Origin: Gemmatimonadota bacterium
GTDB lineage: Bacteria > Gemmatimonadota > Gemmatimonadetes > Gemmatimonadales > GWC2-71-9
Length of the DNA: 64,000 nucleotides
Assembly (NCBI GenBank): GCA_046726475.1
Contig: JBKPAO010000032.1
Location: forward strand, 28,800 to 92,799
Direction: 5' to 3'
Shown here: positions 40,909 to 50,771 of the stretch, piece after piece
How the letters are laid out: each line of letters begins with the position of its first letter
Position numbering within the stretch: position 1 is the first letter of the stretch
Translations under genes and position numbers: made by a program
The notes under the pieces: generated by a model
Database searches by the model: none
What the model saw: the letters and a program-made list of their open reading frames with translations, nothing else
What the model was told of the DNA's origin: nothing

Positions 40909-41624
40909 CCCCCGGTCCGGCGGACGATTACCTGGCCGGCGAAGCGTCCGTCGAGCTCCGCGTATTCTCGCCGTTGCCGGGCGAGGTCCTGCACGACCGC
41001 CGTCACCGCTCGTATATCCTCCGCCGTGGGTACGGGACCGAACCAGAGCCGCCGCCCACCAATGTCCAGTACGACATCACCTCGTACCCGCCACGCTGCC
41101 TCGACCCGATCGAACAGACCGGGCTCGCTTGCCCGCACGGTCGCGAGTACCCGGGCGACACTCCGGTCGGCGCTCGCCGCAATGGGAAGATCCGGCGCCG
41201 AGACGGCCGGATCGAACGGGAGAACCTGGCCGCTGGAGTCGAGGAGGGCCAAGCCGGCACCTCCCGGAGCCAGGGCGACCGGAACTGCCTCCTCGACCAC
41301 GATCTCGAGTGTCCCGGGCAGCCGCCGGTTGAGGTCCGCCGAGCGGACGCCGGGAATCAGGCGCAGGCCGCGCGTCGAAGCCTCCAAATCGTCGAACACA
41401 CTCGAGCGTGCGTCCAGCCCAAGCGCAGCGATTATCGTAGCTGGAGCAAGATAGTGAATTCCGGCGATTTCCACCCGCCTGACCCGGAAAAACTCCAGGC
41501 GGCGGAGCGCTCGCGGCACGCCATACCACAGCAACGCCGTAATTGCCAGAGCGCCGAGCACCTGCAACGGTCGCCGAAAACGAGATCGGAGAAGCCAGCC
41601 GCGATTCAGGCGGCGCTCAGCCAA
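40905..41624 (-). CDS. ftsQ: Cell division protein FtsQ (POTRA domain)
   Basis: Basic N-terminus, a single TM (VLGALAITALLWYGV) and a POTRA-like FRVRRVEIAGIHYL. TTG start overlapping murC by 19 nt, so the start is uncertain. Confidence 0.8.
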   Translation of the reverse strand: MAERRLNRGWLLRSRFRRPLQVLGALAITALLWYGVPRALRRLEFFRVRRVEIAGIHYLAPATIIAALGLDARSSVFDDLEASTRGLRLIPGVRSADLNRRLPGTLEIVVEEAVPVALAPGGAGLALLDSSGQVLPFDPAVSAPDLPIAASADRSVARVLATVRASEPGLFDRVEAAWRVRGDVVLDIGGRRLWFGPVPTAEDIRAVTAVVQDLARQRREYAELDGRFAGQVIVRRTGG

Positions 41625-42979
41625 CGCACCAGCTCGGGGGCCACTCGCGTGATGTCACCCGCACCGAGCGTGAGCACAACATCACCCGAGCGGAGGACCT
41701 GATACACGGTCTTTCCAACTTTCGCTCGGGTGGGCTCGAACCGCGTCTCCGCTCCCGCTCGTTCCGCTGCATCCGCTACCTGCTGGCCGCTGACACCGGC
41801 GATCGGCTGTTCCCTAGCGGGATAAATCTCCGTTACGATCACCAGGTCGGCGGCGGCAAGCGCCTGGCCCATGGCCTGGCCATGCGCAGCGGTCCGGGAG
41901 TACAGATGCGGCTGGAAGACCGCGACCAGACGGCGTCCTGGAAACGCCTGCCGGGCAGCAGACAGCGTCGCTGCCAACTCCGATGGATGATGGGCATAGT
42001 CATCCACCACCGCGACACCCGCAAACTCACCCAGCCGCTCGAATCGCCGGCCCACGCCTGGGAATTCCCGTAAGGCGTCCACGGCCGGGCCCAACGCACC
42101 ACCAAGGGCGTGCACCACCGCGAGCGCAGCGACCGCGTTCTTCAGGTTGTGCAGCCCGGGAACCTGAAGCTTGACGGCGACTGAACGGCCGTTGCGCCAG
42201 CGTATGCAGGCCTCCGTGCCATCGGAGCGTTGAACGACATCACCGATGCGGATGTCGGCACCGGGATCAATCCCAAAGCCGCACACCTCCGTCTTGATCC
42301 GCGCTCCGACCCGGCGGGCACCGGGATCGTCGGCGCTGATGATCGCGACCCGTGCACGTCCTGCGAATTCGACGAACGCATCGTCCAACGCCGCCATGGA
42401 CCCGTAGCACTCGAGGTGATCGGGCTCCACGTTATTCACTACTGCGATGCTGGGATGCAGGCTGAGAAATGCCTTGTCGAACTCGTCCGCCTCGACCACG
42501 AAGAGATCAACGCCCGCCACGCGGGCGTTGCCGCCCCAGGAGCTGACTCGACCCCCGGCAATACCAGTTGGGTTGAGTCCGGCAGCGGCGAGCGCTTCCG
42601 TCGTCATGACCGTGGTGGTGGTCTTCCCGTGAGTCCCGGAGATGCCGACCGATTGTGCACCCTCGATCAATTCGGCCAATGCAACCTTGCGAGGAACAAT
42701 CGTGAGGCCCAGTCGTCGAGCCGCTTCCAGCTCCGGATGCCCCGCCGCGACCGCAGCGGTCACCACCACTGCGCGAGCACCCGCCAGATGAGACGGGTCG
42801 TGACCCTGACTAATCGGGATGCCGAGGGCGGCAAGATCCGCTGCCCCCGAGGGGTCGACATCGCAGCCGCTCACGGCAACCCCGCGGCGATAGGCGATGA
42901 GTGCGAGAGCACTCATGCCGGCGCCGCCGATTCCCATGAAATGCACACTGCGCTTATCGGCGGGGTCGAACAAAGCCAT
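41606..42979 (-). CDS. murC: UDP-N-acetylmuramate--L-alanine ligase
   Basis: 457 aa. HFMGIGGAGMSALA and the GTHGKTTTT Mur ligase P-loop. Confidence 0.95.
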   Translation of the reverse strand: MALFDPADKRSVHFMGIGGAGMSALALIAYRRGVAVSGCDVDPSGAADLAALGIPISQGHDPSHLAGARAVVVTAAVAAGHPELEAARRLGLTIVPRKVALAELIEGAQSVGISGTHGKTTTTVMTTEALAAAGLNPTGIAGGRVSSWGGNARVAGVDLFVVEADEFDKAFLSLHPSIAVVNNVEPDHLECYGSMAALDDAFVEFAGRARVAIISADDPGARRVGARIKTEVCGFGIDPGADIRIGDVVQRSDGTEACIRWRNGRSVAVKLQVPGLHNLKNAVAALAVVHALGGALGPAVDALREFPGVGRRFERLGEFAGVAVVDDYAHHPSELAATLSAARQAFPGRRLVAVFQPHLYSRTAAHGQAMGQALAAADLVIVTEIYPAREQPIAGVSGQQVADAAERAGAETRFEPTRAKVGKTVYQVLRSGDVVLTLGAGDITRVAPELVRWLSAA

Positions 42980-43028
42980 GATTGAACGGCTAATGTAAGA
43001 TGGTACCGCGAGTTCGGAAAGTCCGCGG

Positions 43029-44144
43029 TCACCGAATTAGTGTCAATAACTTCGACACTATGTCCTTAGCGGAATGGGGACGGCCACGGGCAAGCGCGCG
43101 CTCGGCCATCTGCCGCCTTCGCCCTGGGTCCTGGAGCAGTTCTCCGACTACTGCCTGCAGCCGCTGCGGGGTGAGCTCTGCCTGCTGGAGAAGGATGGAT
43201 GCGCCGGCACTGGCGAGCACTCGGGCATTGTAGGTCTGGTGATCCGCGGCAGCGGTGGGCAGTGGGACCAGCACGTTGGGTAATCCCCAAGCACATAGCT
43301 CGGCCACTGTGATCATCCCGGCGCGGGACACGACCACATCCGCAACCGCATAGGCGTCCGCCATTGGATCGAGGAAGTCGAGTACTCGGACAGTGGAGGA
43401 TTGATAGCGGGTGAATTCGTCATAGCTGGCGCGTCCGGTCACCCAGATGAGTTCGGCGGGCATCGATCCATTCTGATCCAGCCAGCCGGCCACCGCACGG
43501 TTGATGGCAAGCGCTCCCTGACTGCCGCCGGTCACCAGCAGCACCGGGCGACCAGCCGGGAGCGCGAACCGCCGCTGGGCTGCCTCCCTTCTGTCAGGTG
43601 TGGGCGGCGCGATCGGGTTTCCGGTGTCAAATACTTTTGTCCGGGACCCGAACCGAAGTAGTGCGCGAGCTTCGGGAAGTCCCAGATAGACGTGATGCAC
43701 CCGACGACTCAACCAGCGAGAGGCAATTCCGGGATACGCGTTCTGCTCTTGGATCGCAGTGGGGATTCCGTGATGGGCAGCCCACCAGACAACCGGGCCG
43801 GACGCGTAGCCCCCGGTTCCGAGAACCGCGGCGGGCTGCTCCAGCTCGAATGTCCTGGCTACCGCTCGAAGCAGGCGCCCGGCGACGAACGGCCAGCGGA
43901 AATTTTTCCACCAGGTGCGACGATAGATTGGCTCGGAGGGAAGCAGATGATATCGAAAATCGCGGGTAGGGAGAATTCGAGACTCGACCCCTCGCACCGC
44001 ACCCACGAGCACCGGTTCGATTCCCGGAGCGCTTTCCCGGAGTGCATTCGCAATAGCCAGAGCGGGCATGAGGTGCCCGCCGGTGCCGCCCCCGGCGATG
44101 AGGACGACGGACGGTCGGACCGGCGGACTGGCGGACGCACTCAA
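43029..44144 (-). CDS. murG: UDP-N-acetylglucosamine--N-acetylmuramyl-(pentapeptide) pyrophosphoryl-undecaprenol GlcNAc transferase
   Basis: 371 aa with GGGTGGHLMPALA. The TTG start overlaps the ftsW TGA. Confidence 0.93.
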   Translation of the reverse strand: MSASASPPVRPSVVLIAGGGTGGHLMPALAIANALRESAPGIEPVLVGAVRGVESRILPTRDFRYHLLPSEPIYRRTWWKNFRWPFVAGRLLRAVARTFELEQPAAVLGTGGYASGPVVWWAAHHGIPTAIQEQNAYPGIASRWLSRRVHHVYLGLPEARALLRFGSRTKVFDTGNPIAPPTPDRREAAQRRFALPAGRPVLLVTGGSQGALAINRAVAGWLDQNGSMPAELIWVTGRASYDEFTRYQSSTVRVLDFLDPMADAYAVADVVVSRAGMITVAELCAWGLPNVLVPLPTAAADHQTYNARVLASAGASILLQQAELTPQRLQAVVGELLQDPGRRRQMAERALARGRPHSAKDIVSKLLTLIR

Positions 44145-45382
44145 CGCGCTTTGATTCTCCCTCGGTTCGCTCTCGTTTCACTTCGGCGGTTCTGCTGCTC
44201 CGTCCGACCGTCCGCCGATCCGCCGGTCCGCCTCTCTCGTGGACCCGTTGCCCGAGGACTTCCCCGGAGACGGCCGATGTTGATGAGAATGCCGGTACCG
44301 AGGAGGGAGATCACCTGGCTGGACCGACCGTACGACATGAACGGCAGCGTAAGACCAGTTGTTGGAATCAGGCCGAGCGACACTGCCATATGCATGAATG
44401 CCGTGAGACCGATAGTGGCGGTCAGGCCGACCGCCAGATACTGCCCGAACGGGTCAGCGGCAGTACGCGCAATTCGAAAGCCCAGCCAGCAGAATAAAGT
44501 GAATAACGCGACGACCACGCAGACGCCGACGAATCCCCACTCCTCCCCGATCGTGCTGAACAGAAAATCAGAGTAAGCGTAGGGCAGGTAGCCGAGCTTC
44601 TGTTGTCCCTGCCCAAAGCCTACACCGAAGAGCTGCCCCGATCCGATGCCGACGAGGGATTGATGGATCTGAAACCCGGCCTGGGTGGTGGCATCACCCG
44701 GGTTGAGAAAGGTCACAACCCGAGCGAGGCGATACTGCACATCCCGAATCTGGTGAAACACCAGAATCATGCCGAGCCCCGACACCAGGCCGAAATGCCC
44801 GATCCTGGCGCCGGAGGTGAACAGAACGAGTCCTCCTAGCAGCGCGACCAGCGTTGCCATCGAGAGGTTGGGTTCCAGCAAAATAAGAAGTGCGACCAGG
44901 CCCAGCACGATGAGAAACGGGAGGACTCCTTTCTTGAACTCTCGGACCTGCAGCCCCTTCTTCGACGCCAGCATCGCGCACCAGATCACCACCACCAGTC
45001 GAGCGAGTTCGGACGGTTGAAAGTTGAGCGGACCAATGTCGACCCAGCGCCTGGCTCCGTTGACGGAGGGCGCTAACTGGTGGGTGAATGGGAGAAGTGG
45101 GATCAGCAGAAAGCCCAGCGTGAGCAGGAGCAGGGGCCACGCCAACTGCCTCCAACGGTAATAATCCAGGCGTGAAGCAAGGAGTAGCAGAGCGCCACCC
45201 ATGACGGCCCCGGAGAGCTGACGCAGCGCGAAGCCCAGCCCGGCATCGCGCCCCTGCAGCGTCACCAGGCTCGCGGCACCGTACGTCGCTGCGATCCCAA
45301 AAACCAGAAGGGCGGCCGTGACCATTGCAAGGAGACGGGTCTCCCACCGGAGCTCGCCGGGATGCCGGACCGGCCGGATCAC
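44141..45382 (-). CDS. ftsW: Peptidoglycan glycosyltransferase FtsW (SEDS family)
   Basis: About ten TM segments with the SEDS pattern (QPSELARL...YLPYAYSDFLFSTIGEEWGF). I prefer GTG 45380-45382, which overlaps the murD TGA, to the longer ORF-track start. Confidence 0.9.
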   Translation of the reverse strand: MIRPVRHPGELRWETRLLAMVTAALLVFGIAATYGAASLVTLQGRDAGLGFALRQLSGAVMGGALLLLASRLDYYRWRQLAWPLLLLTLGFLLIPLLPFTHQLAPSVNGARRWVDIGPLNFQPSELARLVVVIWCAMLASKKGLQVREFKKGVLPFLIVLGLVALLILLEPNLSMATLVALLGGLVLFTSGARIGHFGLVSGLGMILVFHQIRDVQYRLARVVTFLNPGDATTQAGFQIHQSLVGIGSGQLFGVGFGQGQQKLGYLPYAYSDFLFSTIGEEWGFVGVCVVVALFTLFCWLGFRIARTAADPFGQYLAVGLTATIGLTAFMHMAVSLGLIPTTGLTLPFMSYGRSSQVISLLGTGILINIGRLRGSPRATGPRERRTGGSADGRTEQQNRRSETRANRGRIKAR

Positions 45383-46752
45383 AGTGCTTCGACCGCCGCG
45401 CGGAACCGATCGCCGCGCTCCTCGTAATTGCGGAACATGTCGTAGCTGGAACAAGCCGGTGAGAGCAGCACTGCGTCCCCGGGGCAAGCTAGCTCACGGG
45501 CCGTTGCGAGGACCTCGTCGAACGATCCGGCGGGCACAACCTTCAGACTGTCCCCCAGATCCTGCACGATCTGAGGACCTGCCTCACCGTAAGCCACCAC
45601 CGCACGGCACCGTCCCTCGAGCGGTTTGCGAAGCCGAGTGTACGGCTCGCCTTTATGCCGGCCACCGAGTAGCAGAACGAACGGCCGATCGAGCGCGGCG
45701 ATGGCCACCCCGGTGGAGGTGATGTTGGTCGACTTTGAGTCGTTGATCCAAAGAACTCCGTCGACCTCGCGCACCGGTTCGACTCGGTGTGGAATAGCCC
45801 GGAAGGTCCGAAGTCCCGTTGCAATCCGATCATCCAGTGCGCCAATCTCAGCAGCCACCAGAACGGCGGCCAATGCGTTCGCGACGTTGTGATCGCCCAG
45901 GAGCGGCAGTTCAGCGCGGGGCAGGATTTGTCGGCGACCCAGGACCAGAGATCGTCCGTCCCGGTCGTACCAGGCCTCGGCCCGCCCATGTACGGAGAAG
46001 CGGAGGTGCTTGCCCCGCACGGATCGCGTCATCTCCCGGACGGCGGGATCATCGGCATTGCTGACCCATACCGAATCGGGGGTGGCATTGCGGAACAGGC
46101 GCGCCTTGTCGGCATAGTACTCCTCCAGCGCCGCATAGCGATCAAGGTGGTTGGGTGCGAGGTTGGTGAGCACCCCGATCGCCGGCTTCAGGTGTGGTGC
46201 GTCGTGGAGTTGGAATGACGAGAGCTCCAGCGCGAGCCAATCCGGCGGATCTCCAGAACGAGCGACGTCGCACAGCGGTCGCCCAATGTTCCCGGCTGTT
46301 TCCGCCCGCACGCCGCCGGTGGTCAGGACGTGCGCTATCAGGGAAGTCGTGGTGGTCTTCCCATTGGTACCGGTGATACCCACGCATTGGGTTCCTTGAA
46401 GGGCCAGAAATCCAATGTCCACTTCCGCGTAGATCTGGAGTCCCACGCGCCGAGCCGCCTCGAGCGCCGGTACGTTGGGTGGCACCCCCGGGGCCACCAC
46501 GACGGCGGCGGCCTTTGCGATGCGGTCAAGATCGTGGCCGCCGACCTCCACCTGTGCGCCCACCGCCCGAAGCTCCCATGCCCACGCCTCGTAGGCTGGC
46601 CCTCGGCCGGTGTCGGAAGCGTAGACCGGGATTCCGAGTCCCCTGAGGAGGAGGGTCGCAGATACGCCGCTCTTGCCCAGCCCGACAACAGCTATCTCTC
46701 GCGCGCTCGCCAGCCACTGGTCGAAGAGTGCCCCAGCTTCCGGAGAGGTCAT
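45379..46752 (-). CDS. murD: UDP-N-acetylmuramoylalanine--D-glutamate ligase
   Basis: The internal ATG at 46750-46752 gives an ATGA overlap with the mraY stop. VVGLGKSGVSATLLL and GTNGKTTTT. Confidence 0.93.
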   Translation of the reverse strand: MTSPEAGALFDQWLASAREIAVVGLGKSGVSATLLLRGLGIPVYASDTGRGPAYEAWAWELRAVGAQVEVGGHDLDRIAKAAAVVVAPGVPPNVPALEAARRVGLQIYAEVDIGFLALQGTQCVGITGTNGKTTTTSLIAHVLTTGGVRAETAGNIGRPLCDVARSGDPPDWLALELSSFQLHDAPHLKPAIGVLTNLAPNHLDRYAALEEYYADKARLFRNATPDSVWVSNADDPAVREMTRSVRGKHLRFSVHGRAEAWYDRDGRSLVLGRRQILPRAELPLLGDHNVANALAAVLVAAEIGALDDRIATGLRTFRAIPHRVEPVREVDGVLWINDSKSTNITSTGVAIAALDRPFVLLLGGRHKGEPYTRLRKPLEGRCRAVVAYGEAGPQIVQDLGDSLKVVPAGSFDEVLATARELACPGDAVLLSPACSSYDMFRNYEERGDRFRAAVEAL

Positions 46753-47876
46753 CTCACTTTGAGGGTCGAGAGCGCCACCAGCGCGCATAGCAGTCCCAGG
46801 ATATAGAAGCGCGTCACCACTGTAGTCTCCGCCCACCCCAGCTTCTCAAAATGATGATGCAGAGGCGCCATACGGAACACTCGGTGAGCATCGGCATACT
46901 CCCGCCCACGAGTCCGCTTGAACCACTTGTAGGTGCCGGTCTGGACGAGTACCGAGATGGCCTCAGCGGCAAAGACGCCGCCGATCAGTAGCAGGAGGAA
47001 TTCGGCCTTCAGCAGAATGGCCACTGTGCCCAGAGCCCCACCGATTGCTAGACTCCCCGTGTCGCCCATGAATACTTCGGCGGGATGGGCGTTGAACCAG
47101 AGGAAGCCGATGGTCGCACCCATCAGCGCGGCGCAGAAGACTGCGAGCTCGCCGGCTCCAGGAAGGTAGAAGACGTTGAGATAGGTCGTGACATCCACCC
47201 GGCCGAATAAATACGCAAAGACCGCGAACGCAGCCGCGGCGATCCCCGCTAACCCAGTGGCGAGACCGTCGAGGCCGTCGGTTAGATTCACGGCGTTACT
47301 GCTGCCGGTGATCACCACCGTGACGAAGACCACGAAGAGCCAGGGTGCGAAATTCACTACCAGGTACTTGAAGAAAGGAAGTGTTGTCGCTGTGGCAGGG
47401 ATGGTCTCCGAGGGCACGACCGGATTGTAGGCGAGGAAGAGACCGAGCAGGAGACCGAAACTGCACTGCCCTACCAGCTTCCATCGCGCGACCAGTCCTC
47501 GGGATTTGCCCTGGACGATCTTGAGATAATCGTCGAGAAAACCGATACACCCCATCCACAACGTCGAGAGCATCGCCACCACTACGAATCGATTGGTCAG
47601 CGGGGCCCAGAGCAACGTCGGCACCACCGTAGCGAGCAGGATGATCAACCCACCCATCGTGGGAGTTCCTCGCTTGCTTTGGTGACTCGCCGGTCCCTCG
47701 GCCCGCACGACCTGCCCGACCTTGCGGGCCCGCAGGCGGCGAATGACCGGCGGTCCTACCAGGAAGGCCAGCAGGAGCGCGGTGACGGTTGCTCCCGCGG
47801 CGCGAAAGCTGATGTAGTTAAAAAGGTTGAAGATGATGTAGGTCTTGCCGAGCGGGGCGAGCCAGTGATAGAACAT
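46749..47876 (-). CDS. mraY: Phospho-N-acetylmuramoyl-pentapeptide transferase
   Basis: 375 aa. GTPTMGGLIIL, NAVNLTDGLDGLA and the HHHFE motif. Confidence 0.96.
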   Translation of the reverse strand: MFYHWLAPLGKTYIIFNLFNYISFRAAGATVTALLLAFLVGPPVIRRLRARKVGQVVRAEGPASHQSKRGTPTMGGLIILLATVVPTLLWAPLTNRFVVVAMLSTLWMGCIGFLDDYLKIVQGKSRGLVARWKLVGQCSFGLLLGLFLAYNPVVPSETIPATATTLPFFKYLVVNFAPWLFVVFVTVVITGSSNAVNLTDGLDGLATGLAGIAAAAFAVFAYLFGRVDVTTYLNVFYLPGAGELAVFCAALMGATIGFLWFNAHPAEVFMGDTGSLAIGGALGTVAILLKAEFLLLLIGGVFAAEAISVLVQTGTYKWFKRTRGREYADAHRVFRMAPLHHHFEKLGWAETTVVTRFYILGLLCALVALSTLKVR

Positions 47877-47882
47877 CGATCC

Positions 47883-49295
47883 TCAACGGAGATGGAGCGG
47901 AGCACCGGAAGGGGGGGTGTGCTTCGCGCTGGCCTTGAGCGCCGGAAGTATACGCTCCAGCGCCACCCCGCGGGATGCCTTGAGCACGACCACTTCGTCG
48001 CCCCTGAGGTGCGGGACCAGGAGCGGGGCTAAGGTCAGGGGATCCGGAGCTGTGAGGAGACGATGGCGCAGGGCGCCCGCGAACGGCTCGAGAGCGGGCA
48101 CGAAGTCGCCGACCGCCGCCAGGAGCTCCGGGTGGAGATCGACCAGTGCCTCGGCAATCTGTCGATGCAGCATCGCCGAATCATGGCCTAGCTCCCGCAT
48201 TGTGCCCGCGACGAATACCAGCCGCCGATCGCCTCGTAACGCGGCTGCGGTAGCAATGACGGCGCGAAACGACTGGGGATTGGCATTGTAGCAATCGTTC
48301 AGAATGGTGAGCCCGCCCTCCTGAAGCAGCTCGCCGCGCCCACCCGGTATGGTGAACTGCTCCAACGCTGTCGCCGCAACCGCAGGGTCGATCCCGAGCT
48401 CTTCGCCCACGGCCCAGACGCGAATGGCGTTGTCGGCCTGATGCAATCCACGAGCCGCCAGCGTGAAGGCGTGACCGCGCAGAGTAATGATCGGACGAGC
48501 TGCCTCATCCAGCTTCACTTGATCGGGAACCAGCTCCGCATTTTGTAAGCCAGCCGTCCGAACCCGCCGCGCGCGTCGGCGCGCCCCCTCGGCGAGCGCA
48601 AGAGGATCGGTGCCTACGATCGCGAGCGGCACTCCCTCGGTCAGAGCCAACTTCTCTACCACCACGCCAGAGAGAGAGCCGAATCCCTCCAGATGGCCGG
48701 CGACAGCATTGGTGACGATCGCGATGGAGGGCTCGATGATTTGACGGCAGCGAGCGATCTCGCCCGGCAGGTTAGCGCCCGCTTCAACGATGAGCGCTTC
48801 GGTGTCGGGCGGCGCTTCCAGGATGGTCTGAGGGACCCCGACCAGATTATTCAGGTTCGCGCGAGTGGCGTAGGTCCGGTATTTGGTGCCAAGGACGGCC
48901 GCGAGCATCTCCTTGGTACTGGTCTTCCCATTGGTGCCGGTCACCGCGATGACGGGACCCTGAATCGATCGGCGCCGCGCCCGAGCGAGGAGACCGAACC
49001 CACGGAGCGTGTCGTCCACCTCGAAGAGAAGAAGCCCGGGTACAGCCGGGGTTCCCTTCCGTACCAGTGCCGCCGTTGCACCTGCCGCCTGCGCTCCCGC
49101 GAGGTGATCATGACCGTCGAACCGCTCGCCGGTGAGAGCCACGAAGAGAGCGCCCGCTCGAACGGTCCGGCTGTCAGTCGAAATTCCCGAGAAGGTGGTA
49201 CGGCGAACTCCAGGGTCTACTGGAAGGCCGAGCGCCTCCCGGACGGCAGTCTCAGGCCAGGGCGGCGTGTCGGCGATCTCGCGCTCACCGGTCAC
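47883..49295 (-). CDS. murF: UDP-N-acetylmuramoyl-tripeptide--D-alanyl-D-alanine ligase
   Basis: 470 aa with VTGTNGKTSTKEM. The GTG start overlaps the murE TGA. Confidence 0.92.
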   Translation of the reverse strand: MTGEREIADTPPWPETAVREALGLPVDPGVRRTTFSGISTDSRTVRAGALFVALTGERFDGHDHLAGAQAAGATAALVRKGTPAVPGLLLFEVDDTLRGFGLLARARRRSIQGPVIAVTGTNGKTSTKEMLAAVLGTKYRTYATRANLNNLVGVPQTILEAPPDTEALIVEAGANLPGEIARCRQIIEPSIAIVTNAVAGHLEGFGSLSGVVVEKLALTEGVPLAIVGTDPLALAEGARRRARRVRTAGLQNAELVPDQVKLDEAARPIITLRGHAFTLAARGLHQADNAIRVWAVGEELGIDPAVAATALEQFTIPGGRGELLQEGGLTILNDCYNANPQSFRAVIATAAALRGDRRLVFVAGTMRELGHDSAMLHRQIAEALVDLHPELLAAVGDFVPALEPFAGALRHRLLTAPDPLTLAPLLVPHLRGDEVVVLKASRGVALERILPALKASAKHTPPSGAPLHLR

Positions 49296-50752
49296 CGGGC
49301 GCCGCTCACGGCTTTCTCCACAATCTCCCGCTCGTCGAAGTGAATCTTCTCAGTGCCGATCACCTGATATGTCTCATGCCCCTTCCCCGCCAGGAGTATG
49401 GTGTCGCCCGCGCGAGCCTTCTCCAATGCAGCGTGAATCGCCGCGAGCCGGTCGGTGATCCTGATGTGCTGCGTCCCCCTCATACCTCGCTCGATGTCGT
49501 CGATAATGGCGTCCGGGTTCTCAGTCCGCGGATTATCGGATGTCACGATGGCCAGGTCGGAGCCTTGGACTGCGATACGGCCCATCAGGGGCCGCTTCCC
49601 GCGATCTCGGTCGCCACCACAGCCGAAGACCACGATCAAGCGGCCACTCGTGAGAGGTCTCAGACTGGTCAACGCCCGCTCGAGGGCGTCCGGTGTATGG
49701 GCATAATCCCGAAGCACGACACAGGGTGATTCGGAGATCCGTTCCATCCGCCCCGGCACTTGCGGAGACGTTGCCAGTCGTTCAACGACGCGATCGGGTG
49801 GCTCCCCGAGTGCAAGTGCAGCGGCGGCCGCCGCCAGCCCATTGGCTACGTTGAAATCGCCCAATAGAGGCAGAGAGACCTCGGTTGCGCCGAACCGGCC
49901 ATGCATCTGAAAACGTGAACCGCCGGCGCTCAGGATCACACCGGTGGCTCGGACGTCGGCACCGCCCTGGAGACCAAACGTCACTCGGGGAGCATAGGGC
50001 GGGAGCGCCCGCCAGGCATCCTCATCCAGGTTGACCACCTCGACTCCACCTCCAGCGAGCAGTGTGCTCAAGCGCAGTTTGGAGGCAAGATAGGATTCCA
50101 TCGTGCCGTGATAATCGAGGTGATCGCGCGTCAGATTGGTGTAGACCCCGACCGCAAAGGCTAGCCCATCCAGTCGGCCTTGATCCAGGCTGTGGGAGGA
50201 CGTCTCCATTACTACGTGAGTCGTACCGGCCTGAACCAGGGCCGCGAGCGTAGCTTGCAAGTCGACCGGACCCGGTGTCGTTAGTGATCCAGCGGTGGAA
50301 GCAATGGCCCTGCCGCAACCGTCGAAAGCACCCAGCGTTCCAATGCTTCCAGCAGTCTCCCGCTCGTTCAATAGATGGCGAATCAGTCCGGTCGTCGTGG
50401 TCTTACCGTTGGTGCCGGTCACCCCAATCAGTCTCAGGTGACGGCCGGGGTGGCCGTACCATGCCGCCGCGAGGACCAGGGCCGCGCGCCGGCTATCCCG
50501 CACGACGATTTGGGGCACTTCGACCGGCTGGGGAATCTCGACGAGTGCAGCCGACGCACCGCGCTGCAGCGCACCGGTCACGAATTGATGTCCGTCGGTT
50601 TGAGATCCACGCACCGCCACGTAGACCATCTCTGGCTCGATCGCGCGACTATCCACGCCGATCGCTCTGGGATCGGGCCCGTGTGCCGGCGCCGTGATGA
50701 GCAGATCAGCCCGGCGAAGCTCGTCGAGGATCTGGCTCCAGGTCAGCGGCAC
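49292..50752 (-). CDS. murE: UDP-N-acetylmuramoyl-L-alanyl-D-glutamate--2,6-diaminopimelate ligase
   Basis: 486 aa. VTGTNGKTTTTGL and the DNPRTE motif, which is consistent with meso-DAP-type MurE. GTG start. Confidence 0.93.
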   Translation of the reverse strand: MPLTWSQILDELRRADLLITAPAHGPDPRAIGVDSRAIEPEMVYVAVRGSQTDGHQFVTGALQRGASAALVEIPQPVEVPQIVVRDSRRAALVLAAAWYGHPGRHLRLIGVTGTNGKTTTTGLIRHLLNERETAGSIGTLGAFDGCGRAIASTAGSLTTPGPVDLQATLAALVQAGTTHVVMETSSHSLDQGRLDGLAFAVGVYTNLTRDHLDYHGTMESYLASKLRLSTLLAGGGVEVVNLDEDAWRALPPYAPRVTFGLQGGADVRATGVILSAGGSRFQMHGRFGATEVSLPLLGDFNVANGLAAAAAALALGEPPDRVVERLATSPQVPGRMERISESPCVVLRDYAHTPDALERALTSLRPLTSGRLIVVFGCGGDRDRGKRPLMGRIAVQGSDLAIVTSDNPRTENPDAIIDDIERGMRGTQHIRITDRLAAIHAALEKARAGDTILLAGKGHETYQVIGTEKIHFDEREIVEKAVSGAR

Positions 50753-50771
50753 GGGATTCTCGGCGAAATGA

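Noticed and set aside
42980-43028. A 7-bp GC hairpin (ACCGCGG...CTCGCGGT on the minus strand) in the murG-murC spacer, considered as a possible internal dcw terminator.
   Set aside because: The loop is large (11 nt), one pair is G-U, and there is no U-tract. It is more likely an incidental structure, so I did not list it as a feature.
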